Source: a virus
Taxonomy: Duplodnaviria; Heunggongvirae; Uroviricota; Caudoviricetes
IMG/VR virus record: IMGVR_UViG_3300012996_000001
Location: 64,001-128,000 of that record
Length of the DNA: 64,000 nucleotides
Strand: one strand, 5' to 3'
Numbering within the stretch: the first letter of the stretch is position 1; every line of letters begins with the position of its first letter. This document shows, piece after piece, positions 17,708 to 27,174 of this stretch. The notes beneath the pieces are model-generated. The model did no database searches and was not told the DNA's origin. It saw only the letters and a program-made list of their open reading frames with translations. A program made the translations under genes and the position numbers.

Positions 17708-17898
17708 CCGAAGACGAAGAGTTTGAAGTTATCCGGGGTATGGTTAATCTGGCCCGCTCCGGAGATTATAAAAGAGCTAAGCCTTATCTCTCCGCTGTGC
17801 GCCTGATGTTTCCTGAACTGGAAGAAAAGGACATCCACAGACTGGGTAGTAAGGTATTCAGAACCTATTTTATTTCGGAGGGTTTACAAAGTGAGTGA
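17704..17898 (+). CDS. hypothetical protein
   Basis: ATGA coupling. Confidence 0.5.
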   Translation: MTEDEEFEVIRGMVNLARSGDYKRAKPYLSAVRLMFPELEEKDIHRLGSKVFRTYFISEGLQSE

Positions 17899-18130
17899 AA
17901 TTCTTGATTTTGACGATGTAGCTGATCAGGTTGAAAAGAAACTGCACAACGATGTTCGTATCCTTTGTGAGCAGGACTATGAAGGAAAGTGGCACGTAGA
18001 CGTCCAAGAAATCGCCGATGATGACGAGGAAGAGGAGGATGTGACCGACGACGGTTACTTCTCTATCAGAACTCACGTCGCTGATAATTTGGAAGATGCT
18101 GCTAAGTGGCTGAAAAAATACTACCTGTAG
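17891..18130 (+). CDS. small acidic hypothetical protein
   Basis: Asp/Glu-rich ORF with GTG start. Confidence 0.6.
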   Translation: MSEILDFDDVADQVEKKLHNDVRILCEQDYEGKWHVDVQEIADDDEEEEDVTDDGYFSIRTHVADNLEDAAKWLKKYYL

Positions 18131-18139
18131 GAGGTTAAA

Positions 18140-18364
18140 ATGCTTCTTGTAAAACTGACACAACTCCGTTCGGAAGACCCTATCCTGTTGGATGCCAAAA
18201 ACATCAAGCAGTGCTTTCCCGACGAATTCCTTGACGGCGATAATCCAGAGTTGATCCGCAAAGGAACCAAAATTGAGCTGTACTCCGGAGAGGAGTGGGC
18301 CGTAAAAGAAACGACATTGGAAGTCTACGATATTGTAAACGCGGCACGTAAAGGTCAGCTTTAA
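18140..18364 (+). CDS. hypothetical protein
   Basis: RBS GGAGG. Confidence 0.65.
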   Translation: MLLVKLTQLRSEDPILLDAKNIKQCFPDEFLDGDNPELIRKGTKIELYSGEEWAVKETTLEVYDIVNAARKGQL

Positions 18365-18380
18365 GTATGAAGGGTCTGTC

Positions 18381-18746
18381 ATGAAAAGCAAAGCTTTCGC
18401 CAGGAAGTACGGTAAACGCTATGGTGGCGTCCTCTTTGTGGAAGGGTCGGAAACAGCAGAGGAGATCCTCAAAAGCCGGGAAGAGTTTGCATCTATAGAG
18501 GCCCCGGATAAAGTTGTCAACTTGATTGGCTACATCGACAATAACCGTATAAAGGGCCGTGTGAGCACGGGATTGGTTGTTGGATTAGCCTTGCACGACG
18601 GCCACTTGTATGCCATAACTTCGGATACGGTATACCAGTTGGATGGCCCCTATTTGCATACCGTGATCACCACCGACCCTTTCTTGTTGTCTTTGTGGCA
18701 AGAGGTGGCGGCTGAAACTGTGAAGAAATACCGAAAAAGTCGTTGA
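18381..18746 (+). CDS. hypothetical protein
   Basis: ORF. Confidence 0.65.
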   Translation: MKSKAFARKYGKRYGGVLFVEGSETAEEILKSREEFASIEAPDKVVNLIGYIDNNRIKGRVSTGLVVGLALHDGHLYAITSDTVYQLDGPYLHTVITTDPFLLSLWQEVAAETVKKYRKSR

Positions 18747-18750
18747 TCTA

Positions 18751-18783
18751 AAAAGGCCCGGTGATAAACTGGGCTTTTGCTTT
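18751..18783 (+). terminator. intrinsic terminator
   Basis: GGCCCGGT-GATAA-ACTGGGCT followed by TTTGCTTTT. Confidence 0.65.
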
Positions 18784-18795
18784 TATGGAGATTTT

Positions 18796-19317
18796 ATGAG
18801 AAAGGGCGTAGCTGCACTACTCGCAGCCAGCGTATTCTCTTTGGCCCCTGGTATAGCATTAGCCAAAGAAAGTACACCGAAGAAAAAGCCCAGCAGGGTT
18901 GTTCATGTTTGTAAAAAGACCGATGTCGCTGTGGATGCTTTAGCCTGTAATATCTACATGGAGAGCAGAGGTGAGAACATCACCGGGCAGATGGCTATCG
19001 GATTTGTCACACTAAACCGACTGAAAAACGAGAAGTTCCCAACATCTGTTCGTAAGGTGGTTTATCAGTCCTCTCAGTTCTCTTGGACAAAGGTCACTTA
19101 CAACGTGCGAGACGGTGACTCGTGGAAGGTGGCAAAAGAGATCTCAAAATTCCTTTACAGTATTCGAAATCATGATATGCTGTATAAGCAACTCGACCCA
19201 ACTGGTGGAAGTATTTATTTCCACAATGTAGGCTCTAAGCCCTACTGGGCAAAGTATTTAGTAAAGACCGTCGTACTGGGCGGACATGTGTTTTATAAGC
19301 CGAAGGAGGCTGCATGA
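18796..19317 (+). CDS. SleB/Hydrolase_2 cell wall hydrolase with N-terminal signal peptide
   Basis: LACNIYMESRGE...VTLNR...VVYQSSQFSW...IYFH...GGHVFY. Confidence 0.9.
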   Translation: MRKGVAALLAASVFSLAPGIALAKESTPKKKPSRVVHVCKKTDVAVDALACNIYMESRGENITGQMAIGFVTLNRLKNEKFPTSVRKVVYQSSQFSWTKVTYNVRDGDSWKVAKEISKFLYSIRNHDMLYKQLDPTGGSIYFHNVGSKPYWAKYLVKTVVLGGHVFYKPKEAA

Positions 19318-19499
19318 TCGACAAAGACATTTTCTACGTGTATTCCAACGCAGGTTACGGCCTGACGGTTCGTGGTGGTTATGACGATCTGCCATCAGCA
19401 GAACTCAAAGCTTCACGTCTCCAAAAGAAAGGCCACACAGATATCGAAATCCAACATGATAAGGTTGTAAGTGTCACTAAATTTGAGGCAAAAGCTTAA
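19314..19499 (+). CDS. hypothetical protein
   Basis: Coupled ORF. Confidence 0.55.
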   Translation: MIDKDIFYVYSNAGYGLTVRGGYDDLPSAELKASRLQKKGHTDIEIQHDKVVSVTKFEAKA

Positions 19500-20863
19500 T
19501 GTCGAAATCCCTTATTGGTAACGAAGAGGCCATGAAGGCAATCATGGCAGGCGACAATGTGTTCATTACAGGCCCGGGTGGGTCAGGTAAGAGCATGATG
19601 ATCGCTGCACTTCGTGAATTCTTCGCAGATACTTTTCTGTTTGTGGCTCCTACGGGTATTGCGGCGCTGAACATCGCAGGTATGACTGCACACAAGGCTT
19701 TTGGTCTAACTTTTGGCATCACGACTTCAGAAGACTACATGGCGAAATCGAAGAAGCCTGCTATTCTGATGTCATCCAAGGCACTGGAAGCCATTGTCTT
19801 TGATGAAATCTCCATGATCCGTAGTGACAAGCTTCATGAAATTGATATGAAGCTGCGCTATCACCGCAAGGTAAACAAACCTTTCGGCGGGTTGCAGGTT
19901 ATTGCCTTTGGTGACGGGTTCCAGATCAAGCCTGTGTTGCGTAAGGAAGAGACAATCAAATTCCGAGAGTTGCATGGTAAAGAGATTCCTTTCGGTTCTG
20001 AGGTATGGAACTCACTGCAATTCACCTGCGCCTATCTCCCAAAGGTTCATCGCCAGGTCGATCCTGAATTTGCGGGGCATTTGAACAATATCCGTATTGG
20101 TAATAGCATCGGCGCAGCAGTTGATTACTTCAACAGTAAATGCTTCGGCCCACCGTTGCAGGGTGCTGTTACATTGACAACGACAAATGCTTTAGCGGAA
20201 AAGATCAACGAATCTGAGTACAAAAAGATAGATTCAGAAGAGCACATCTTTGAAGCTAAGATCGATGGTGAGTTCCCTGATCGTCCGGTAAACGAAGTCT
20301 TGAAGCTGAAAGTCGGGCTGAAGATTATGATTGTTGTCAATGACAACGATGAGAGCAAAAACAACCCTGACTACGTCAATGGAACCGTTGGTGTGATCAA
20401 ACGTATCAGTAAAGACTTTGCTGTTGTCGACATTGATGGCCGTTTAGTGCCCATCGGCAAGAAAGAGTGGTCTAACACTATTCAGGTGCCTACCGAAAAA
20501 ATGGTAGAGGTCGAGAAGGATACAACGCTGCCTTCCGGAGAGGTTGTTAAGGTTAAAGTGAAAGAGAAACAAACCGTTCTTGTTGACAAAGAGATCGGCA
20601 AGTATGTACAGTTCCCTTTCAAAATGGGCTACGCAATCACGGGTCACAAATCCCAGGGTCTGACTCTGGGCCAGGTGAATATTGACTTAGGCTACGGTAC
20701 GTTTACACCCGGGCAGGCATATGTTATGCTCTCTCGTGCCAAGGACATTTCAGGTCTGCGTTTGCTTAAAAAGCTGCGTGTAAAAGATATCATTGTTGAT
20801 CAAGACGTGCTACGATTCTATCAGCAAACTTTCCCCACAATATTTGGAGGTGCAAATGTTTAA
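19499..20863 (+). CDS. Pif1/RecD-like SF1B DNA helicase
   Basis: GPGGSGKS, APTGIAA, VFDEISM, FGDGFQ, HRQ, YAITGHKSQGLT, AYVMLSR. Confidence 0.93.
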   Translation: MSKSLIGNEEAMKAIMAGDNVFITGPGGSGKSMMIAALREFFADTFLFVAPTGIAALNIAGMTAHKAFGLTFGITTSEDYMAKSKKPAILMSSKALEAIVFDEISMIRSDKLHEIDMKLRYHRKVNKPFGGLQVIAFGDGFQIKPVLRKEETIKFRELHGKEIPFGSEVWNSLQFTCAYLPKVHRQVDPEFAGHLNNIRIGNSIGAAVDYFNSKCFGPPLQGAVTLTTTNALAEKINESEYKKIDSEEHIFEAKIDGEFPDRPVNEVLKLKVGLKIMIVVNDNDESKNNPDYVNGTVGVIKRISKDFAVVDIDGRLVPIGKKEWSNTIQVPTEKMVEVEKDTTLPSGEVVKVKVKEKQTVLVDKEIGKYVQFPFKMGYAITGHKSQGLTLGQVNIDLGYGTFTPGQAYVMLSRAKDISGLRLLKKLRVKDIIVDQDVLRFYQQTFPTIFGGANV

Positions 20864-21071
20864 GAAGGGCCAAAAAGTTAAGTTCAAGCCAACCCGTAAA
20901 GATTGGAAAATCGATTATTCAGCCGATGGTGTTCAACCCGGGGATGTCGGTGTTGTTGCTTACGAAGCTGCTTTTGTAGGTGATGACGTGATAGTCGACT
21001 TTGTCCGTACAGACGGAACAACATCTAACGGTTTCTTTGCCTTCGAAGAAGATCTTGAGGCGGTGGAATAA
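20856..21071 (+). CDS. small SH3-like hypothetical protein
   Basis: MFKKGQKVKF...GDVGVV. Confidence 0.6.
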   Translation: MFKKGQKVKFKPTRKDWKIDYSADGVQPGDVGVVAYEAAFVGDDVIVDFVRTDGTTSNGFFAFEEDLEAVE

Positions 21072-21072
21072 G

Positions 21073-21327
21073 ATGAAAACAAAAGCCAATGGGATTATCT
21101 TGAATATCGGTGATGTAGTAAAGTTTGATGAGGGTCGCTCGGCACGCGGCCTATGGAATGGAACGGCTAGAATAACGGACATCACAGACAAAGGTAAAAT
21201 ATATGTTAGTCTTCTGACTGTTTACGAACCAGATGGCAGTAAAGTTAAACTGGGATCTGACGATGGGGAGGGGTATATCCTCTTTTTAACTGAAATTACA
21301 GGTTTTGCGGAGAAAGAAGATGAGTGA
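21073..21327 (+). CDS. small SH3-like hypothetical protein
   Basis: LNIGDVVKF. Confidence 0.55.
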   Translation: MKTKANGIILNIGDVVKFDEGRSARGLWNGTARITDITDKGKIYVSLLTVYEPDGSKVKLGSDDGEGYILFLTEITGFAEKEDE

Positions 21328-21499
21328 AGAAATTAAGGCGGGAGACGTTGTGAAGCTTAAATCTTCCGGCCCTGCAATGGTTGTTTCCGCCGTACTCAGT
21401 GTTGAAGAGGGTAGTGTGGCACGCTGTGTGTGGTTTAATGGCAAAGCTGAGCCAATGACACATAGTTTCAATGTGAAAATGTTAGTGGCTGTGGCATGA
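21320..21499 (+). CDS. YodC/DUF2158-family protein
   Basis: GDVVKLKSSGPAMVV...RCVWF. Confidence 0.75.
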   Translation: MSEEIKAGDVVKLKSSGPAMVVSAVLSVEEGSVARCVWFNGKAEPMTHSFNVKMLVAVA

Positions 21500-21622
21500 A
21501 AGGCCCATTCGAAGACTTAGGCCAAGCTTCAATGCAGACATTGTTGTCCCTCCGAGATATCGGGAGGGACGACCTCCGTCGAACCTTGGAGCATGAGCAG
21601 AATTTACGCGAGATGTTAGCCA

Positions 21623-21925
21623 GTGTTGAAAAGGAGATTAAATCCCGTGGACAATCTCAAGAAGGATAGGGTCAGAATGACCGCAGAACGCCACTGGGAG
21701 CGTTTTGACGAAGCTGCCTATGACAACGCTAACCAAATGCGGCAATGCGCTGAGGATGCGATTCAGGAGCTTTTAACGCGGGAGTGGGAGAAGCCTGCCT
21801 TAAAGCCGCATCTCTTTGCAGAGCTTGCCAATGAGTTACGATCAACGGCGGTGAAGTACAAAGATACCCAGCAGCTAAGGGCGCAGATCGTAGGCGTATT
21901 GGACAAGTACATCGATAAGTATTGA
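21623..21925 (+). CDS. hypothetical protein (true start uncertain, possibly GTG 21647)
   Basis: Helical ORF. Confidence 0.55.
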   Translation: MLKRRLNPVDNLKKDRVRMTAERHWERFDEAAYDNANQMRQCAEDAIQELLTREWEKPALKPHLFAELANELRSTAVKYKDTQQLRAQIVGVLDKYIDKY

Positions 21926-21934
21926 GGTTGCATT

Positions 21935-22459
21935 TTGAAAGACGTTATGATTGATATTGAAACCCCCGGCAAAAAGTACGGCTGCGGAGTCCTGAGCATC
22001 GGTGCGGCCTATTTTGATCGCCAGGGTAATATTGGCGATAAGTTTTATGCCTGTATGGGTTTGAATGGATTTTCCGTAGGTTCCACGGATCCTGATACGT
22101 TAGAGTGGTGGTCTCAGCAAGCCTTACAGGCGAAGATTGACTTGATCTCAGGTCAAGAGAGCCCTATTCTCGTCGCAGGGAATCTACAGAAATTTATCAA
22201 ACCAGGTAGTCTTGTATGGGGTAACGGTAGTGTATTCGACATTACTATCCTCGAAGGTTGGTTTGAGATGTTGGGTCGTGAAGTGCCTTGGAGTTTCCGA
22301 AACGTACGTGATGTACGGACTGTTGTCGACTTACTGGACATTCCCAAAGAGGACATGGTCTTTGAAGGTACAGCGCACAACGCCCTTGATGACGCACTTC
22401 ATCAGATCAAGTACCTGACCAAGGCAATGAAGGTGTTTTATGAAAGCAAAGGTTTTTAA
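21935..22459 (+). CDS. DEDDh 3'-5' exonuclease (Rv2179c/DUF5051-like)
   Basis: MIDIET, VWGNGSVFD, RDVRT, HNALDDA. Confidence 0.85.
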   Translation: MKDVMIDIETPGKKYGCGVLSIGAAYFDRQGNIGDKFYACMGLNGFSVGSTDPDTLEWWSQQALQAKIDLISGQESPILVAGNLQKFIKPGSLVWGNGSVFDITILEGWFEMLGREVPWSFRNVRDVRTVVDLLDIPKEDMVFEGTAHNALDDALHQIKYLTKAMKVFYESKGF

Positions 22460-22634
22460 GTACGAAATCAATGACGTAGTTGTCTTTGATCAGGGTGATA
22501 AGCCTTGGGATTACAAAGGTGAAGGCAAAGTCCTTCGTCAGCAAGAATACATCTCTTGCAACGCATACTTAGTAGAAATGCCGGATGGCGTGAAAACACA
22601 GGTCAAAGAAGACCAAATCTCAAGCAAGAAGTAA
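22440..22634 (+). CDS. small SH3-like hypothetical protein
   Basis: YEINDVVVF...YLVEMPDG. Confidence 0.55.
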   Translation: MKAKVFKYEINDVVVFDQGDKPWDYKGEGKVLRQQEYISCNAYLVEMPDGVKTQVKEDQISSKK

Positions 22635-22650
22635 TTACAGGAGTAGTACC

Positions 22651-22926
22651 ATGCGAACTTTTAATATCGACTTTTTATATTTCCACAGCAGCATTGGTGA
22701 CGACGTGGCCGTTGAGGTTGAATCGATCATTGCCAAAGCCATCCCGAACCCAGCTTCCGACTGGGATTCAGCAGACCATATCGAAATCGTATCTGCGACT
22801 GTGTACCACCAAGGCGAGGTCATTGACGTTGACATTCCCGCGAAAGTAATTTACGCTGAGATCTCGGCTCGAATTCGCGACGCCGAAATCAACTCTGCAT
22901 TCGCAGAAGAATCCGGTAGCTTCTGA
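22651..22926 (+). CDS. hypothetical protein
   Basis: RBS AGGAG. Confidence 0.65.
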   Translation: MRTFNIDFLYFHSSIGDDVAVEVESIIAKAIPNPASDWDSADHIEIVSATVYHQGEVIDVDIPAKVIYAEISARIRDAEINSAFAEESGSF

Positions 22927-23105
22927 TGAGAACTAAAATCTTGGTTATCACCAACCCCAGTGTACTCGAAGGTAAGATAGACCAGCTTGTTAACAGCGAC
23001 GGTTTTAAACTTGTTGGCCCGGTGACTATGGGTTTTAACCAAAACAACACCCCTGTTTATGTAGCGACGCTGATCAAGGAAGATCCTCTAAAAGGAGAAA
23101 ATTGA
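22926..23105 (+). CDS. small hypothetical protein (59 aa)
   Basis: Hand-translated MRTKILVITNPSVLEGKIDQLVNSDGFKLVGPV...; TGATG coupling. Confidence 0.5.
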   Translation: MRTKILVITNPSVLEGKIDQLVNSDGFKLVGPVTMGFNQNNTPVYVATLIKEDPLKGEN

Positions 23106-25139
23106 TTGAGTAGTTTTGGAGAGAGTCTGTTCGGTGGGTACAGGAAGGGTTGGAAGAACCCGAAGGCCCAAACCACACGAACTTTTGGAGGTTCAGTGCA
23201 AAAAGTCGAAGAAACGGTTGAGGATATTAAAACCTACCCCTTCAAGTCTATCCCTGAGAGGGGGATCGATGAGAAGACGGCGGAGCGCTTCGGTATCCGC
23301 ACTAAGTTGTCTGCTAAGGACGGTTTAACACCAGAGGCCCACTACTTCCCTTATACGCTGGAAGGGAAGATTGTAGGCTTTAAGAAAAGGGATCTGACCA
23401 TCCCTAAACAACAGACTGGACACTTTTCCACTATAGGATTCCAGTCGGTGGCTTGTGACCTGTTTGGCCTGGAAGGTGCAAACAAATCGTCACGGCGCAT
23501 AATCTTTATCACGGAAGGTGAGTACGACGCAGCAATTCTTTGGCAGTGTTTGCGAGAGAACTACAAGGGTAGAGATGGGGCGCGTACACCTAACTTCACC
23601 GTAGTCTCTATTTCGAATGGTACGTCGAACGCGGTACAGAACTTAGCTCAGAAAAACAACTTTAAGTTGCTGAACAAGTTTGAAGAGGTCGTTGTTGCCT
23701 TTGATGCAGATCGGGCCACAGAGTCTGAGAAAGCCAAAGGCATTATGAAAGGCAAGGATGCAGTGGCGGCAGTGTATTCCGTTATTCCGCAGATGAAGGT
23801 TGTGGACATTCCGGAGGACATGGACCCGTGCGACATGTACAATAAGGGCCTGGCTACTCAGTTATTCTGGGCAGCAATGAAGCCAAAAGAGTACGTACCT
23901 GATGGTTTCTCGACGTACAGCCAGTTCCGGGAGAAAGCCCACGAGATCCCAAAACTTGGTAAGAAGTTCCCTTGGCCGACGATGACGCGCCTGACCCTAG
24001 GCCGTCGTAAAGGTGAAGGATACTTCATCGGGGCCGGGGTTAAGATGGGTAAAAGTGAGCTACTCAACCAGATGGTTGAATACATCACGGGCGAAGAAGG
24101 TAAGAAGGCAGCGGTGTTCAAGTTCGAGGAAGAGAACGAGATCACCTGTAAGAAGATTGCCGGGAAACGCTATCACAAAGACTTCGTCAATGCCGAAAAG
24201 GTCATGATCCCGCAGGAAGATGGGACTTACCGAGACATCTGGGGCAACGAAGTTTTTGAAGGCCAGCGTGGGTATTTCAAGCAAGAAGAGTTGATTGCAG
24301 CTACGGATGAGGTTGGTGATAGCGTAATCTATTACAACAACTATGGTCGTGCTGTGTGGGATGAACTGAAAGGTGCTATCCGCCACGCGGTTATCGTAGA
24401 AGGTTGTGAAGACATCTTTATCGACCCGATCACTCGTCTTGTGCAAGGTATGAGCGCTTCCGAAGCGAACCAAGAGTTGGAACGTTTCTCTGATGAATTA
24501 TCGAAGCTTGCAAAAGAACTGGGATTCACTTACTATTGTTTCTGCCACCTGAACAAGCCCGAGGCAGGTAAGCCTCATGAGTTTGGCGGACAGGTGCAGT
24601 CGGCACAGTTCGCAGGTTCTCGTGCGATGATGCGTAACACCTATTACATGTGGGGCATCGAACGTAACAAGGACCCCGAGTTGCCGATGAAACAGCGTAA
24701 CACATCGTGGTTTGTTATTCTGGATGACCGTAAACATGGTCGTGCAGGTAAGTTCCCGGTGTTCTACGATATCGACACAGGTGATTACCTGGAGCCGCCA
24801 GCCGGGTTCTTGGACAGTCCTTACGAAACTCTCAAAGAGTGGTATGCGATCCATCCGGAGGATGATCCAAACAGCGAGGGTTATAAAGAGCCTTCAAACA
24901 GCGATGCGGTTCAGCCTTTATCCTCTGACAATCAGGAAAAGACTTTGTCTGACCTGACCGAAGATGATATCCCTACAGCAGAAGAAGAGGGTCTTGAAAA
25001 GGTTGAGGTAGCGACTGAAGAAGTCAAGGATCCTGTGGAAGACCGGGCAGTCACAACCCCAGAACCGGAATTACCTGACGTACCTGATGAGGTTACAGGC
25101 GATGAAGGTGATTGGGATGACGACCAACCACCATTTTAA
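23106..25139 (+). CDS. T7 gp4/Twinkle-like primase-helicase (TOPRIM + SF4 helicase)
   Basis: IFITEGEYDA, VAFDAD, Walker A GAGVKMGKSE, IFIDPI, FCHLNKP, FAGSRAM; TTG start with AGGAG RBS. Confidence 0.9.
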   Translation: MSSFGESLFGGYRKGWKNPKAQTTRTFGGSVQKVEETVEDIKTYPFKSIPERGIDEKTAERFGIRTKLSAKDGLTPEAHYFPYTLEGKIVGFKKRDLTIPKQQTGHFSTIGFQSVACDLFGLEGANKSSRRIIFITEGEYDAAILWQCLRENYKGRDGARTPNFTVVSISNGTSNAVQNLAQKNNFKLLNKFEEVVVAFDADRATESEKAKGIMKGKDAVAAVYSVIPQMKVVDIPEDMDPCDMYNKGLATQLFWAAMKPKEYVPDGFSTYSQFREKAHEIPKLGKKFPWPTMTRLTLGRRKGEGYFIGAGVKMGKSELLNQMVEYITGEEGKKAAVFKFEEENEITCKKIAGKRYHKDFVNAEKVMIPQEDGTYRDIWGNEVFEGQRGYFKQEELIAATDEVGDSVIYYNNYGRAVWDELKGAIRHAVIVEGCEDIFIDPITRLVQGMSASEANQELERFSDELSKLAKELGFTYYCFCHLNKPEAGKPHEFGGQVQSAQFAGSRAMMRNTYYMWGIERNKDPELPMKQRNTSWFVILDDRKHGRAGKFPVFYDIDTGDYLEPPAGFLDSPYETLKEWYAIHPEDDPNSEGYKEPSNSDAVQPLSSDNQEKTLSDLTEDDIPTAEEEGLEKVEVATEEVKDPVEDRAVTTPEPELPDVPDEVTGDEGDWDDDQPPF

Positions 25140-25145
25140 TAAACC

Positions 25146-25163
25146 GGGGCCTCGGCCCCTTTT
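25146..25163 (+). terminator. intrinsic terminator
   Basis: GGGGC-CTCG-GCCCC-TTTT. Confidence 0.65.
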
Positions 25164-25175
25164 AGCGAGGTAGTT

Positions 25176-25700
25176 ATGATTCCTGAAAGACAACGCGGCG
25201 GCGCACGTAACGATTTTGATGCCCCTAATCTGGATCATCCTGCGGATCTGAGCGAGATTTTCCAGACCAGCTTCTCCCAGTGGCTGCAAGCTGCTTACGC
25301 TGAACGTGTGGAGTATCACAACTCCGTAAAGGTGACCCACAACAGCTATATTGATCATACGGCAGGTTTTTATCCTATTGATCGTAAGATTCCTGAGGAT
25401 TTGGTTCCTGAAGTTGCAAGATTCCTAAGAAACATGGGGAAATTGGAATCCCAGTCAGGGTTGGGTAGATTCATAAAAGAAGTTTTGGATCTGCACGTCG
25501 ATACAATGATCGGGAAGTGTACGGACAGCGGCTGCACCCAACTGTGCCTGTATCCGGCAGATACTGTTCAGCACGTCAACACCCCGGCACTATTTGTGTA
25601 TGTCTTTGTTACCCAACGAGATAAAGACTTTTACTTAGAGACGGAAAGTTCTTTCCGTTGGGCGACCTTAGAAGAGCCAAAAATCGAGCCAGTAAAATAA
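25176..25700 (+). CDS. hypothetical protein
   Basis: RBS GAGG. Confidence 0.65.
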   Translation: MIPERQRGGARNDFDAPNLDHPADLSEIFQTSFSQWLQAAYAERVEYHNSVKVTHNSYIDHTAGFYPIDRKIPEDLVPEVARFLRNMGKLESQSGLGRFIKEVLDLHVDTMIGKCTDSGCTQLCLYPADTVQHVNTPALFVYVFVTQRDKDFYLETESSFRWATLEEPKIEPVK

Positions 25701-25702
25701 AA

Positions 25703-25726
25703 TAAAGACCCTTCGGGGTCTTTTTT
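25703..25726 (+). terminator. intrinsic terminator (UUCG loop)
   Basis: AAAGACCC-TTCG-GGGTCTTT-TTT. Confidence 0.85.
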
Positions 25727-25729
25727 CGT

Positions 25730-25758
25730 TTGACATCCAAGTAAAACAACCTTAAGCT
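25730..25758 (+). promoter_or_regulatory. sigma70-like early promoter
   Basis: TTGACA-17-TAAGCT; AGGAGG RBS downstream. Confidence 0.7.
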
Positions 25759-25784
25759 ATATAAACACTAAACAGGAGGATGAT

Positions 25785-26084
25785 ATGGAAAAGAAGATGG
25801 TTAAAGTTAAAAGAGATTTGATGGCAGAAGTAACAGGTCTTTCTTCTATGGTTGGCGAAATGGTAGAGATCGTGTGTGTCATCCCGGCCTACTCGAAAGT
25901 ATCCGTTAGCCGGGATAACGGGCCTTTCCATACTCTAAGTACCCTGCGTAAAGTTTACCTTGTGGTCGCTAAACAAGGCAGGTTCATGAATGGATTATCA
26001 AGAGCCGAAGGTATCCTTTTGTCATATGAAGGAAGTTTAGGCAACGATGTCTATTCTGAGGATGAACTGGAGATCCCGCAATGA
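25785..26084 (+). CDS. hypothetical protein
   Basis: Strong RBS. Confidence 0.7.
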   Translation: MEKKMVKVKRDLMAEVTGLSSMVGEMVEIVCVIPAYSKVSVSRDNGPFHTLSTLRKVYLVVAKQGRFMNGLSRAEGILLSYEGSLGNDVYSEDELEIPQ

Positions 26085-26397
26085 TGATTTTTCTCGGGTA
26101 CATGCTGTTTTATAATTACGGCAGAAGAGTGCCAACAGATTGTATGGGCTATGTCGCTGCCTTAGCCGGGCTTATCGAGATGGCTATGTACATACCTTTC
26201 ATTCTGTACGCTGTGAGGTAAACTATGGACCATACAATGCACTACGCTGTCAGGGCACGTATGAGCCTTGATTCAGACTGGCATGTGGTTGCATATGCTA
26301 ACACGGAAGAGGGTTTGCAGGAATGTTTGACCAAGGCTAAGCTGACTTGGCGGCACGTCCAATGGAATAGTTATCGGGCAGCGCCAAGGAAACATAA

Positions 26398-26664
26398 ATG
26401 ACCGATAAAAGAGATAAGTGCGAACCGCCGGAGGGTGAGTTATACTCGGGAGGTTATGGGTTGGTAGTCGGGGGCGGTCCGGAGCTACAGGGCCTGATGG
26501 TCCTTTTGATCGAAGCAGATCCTTTTGGGTGGTGGTGTTGCTTCGATGGTTGTGGGGATATGCTGATAGTCCATCCCGACGAACTAATGCCCATATCAAT
26601 AAAAGACTGGGATGAAAAAACAGATTTAGATACTTTCCTTTACGAGACGAGGTATGGACTATGA
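26398..26664 (+). CDS. hypothetical protein
   Basis: ORF. Confidence 0.55.
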   Translation: MTDKRDKCEPPEGELYSGGYGLVVGGGPELQGLMVLLIEADPFGWWCCFDGCGDMLIVHPDELMPISIKDWDEKTDLDTFLYETRYGL

Positions 26665-27011
26665 TTGAATTTTTAAGCGGGATTGCATCCTCTTTCAACG
26701 GGCTGATGGACCTTTGGGGAAATGTGGTTTCTCCTATTGCTAACCCCGACTGGATAATCGGCAGTCTGGTTGTGTTTTTTGTCATTGCCTTGTTCTTTGT
26801 TATCCGCTTCGAGGTCAAATATTGCAGCAAACTTTGGATCGGGCAGGGTATTTTAGAGTTTATGGTTGCGGGTGTCCTCAGCGTCGCAGCCGTGATGCTG
26901 ATCTATTTCTTACCGCTGTTACTCTTGGCGGCTTGTTTCACTTACCTGACCTGGGCCTTCATCGTGGTCATCACTTGGCTGGCTCAATTTTCCGTGAGGG
27001 GTGTTAAATGA
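26661..27011 (+). CDS. membrane protein (2-3 TM)
   Basis: Hydrophobic helices. Confidence 0.65.
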   Translation: MIEFLSGIASSFNGLMDLWGNVVSPIANPDWIIGSLVVFFVIALFFVIRFEVKYCSKLWIGQGILEFMVAGVLSVAAVMLIYFLPLLLLAACFTYLTWAFIVVITWLAQFSVRGVK

Positions 27012-27174
27012 TCGATTTTAAACTGGTTGTTTTGGGATTTCAGATTGCAATGGTGCTGATCACTTTCTTTTTTAAGGATTGGTTCGGTAAGGTTGTGAGT
27101 TCAGGAATCTTCCTGATGAATTTCTTGGGATTGCTGATTGGACTATATACCTTAGTAAAAGCGGGGATCTTATA

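Noticed and set aside
26273-26830. 185 aa - strand ORF
   Set aside because: Antisense to coupled + strand genes.
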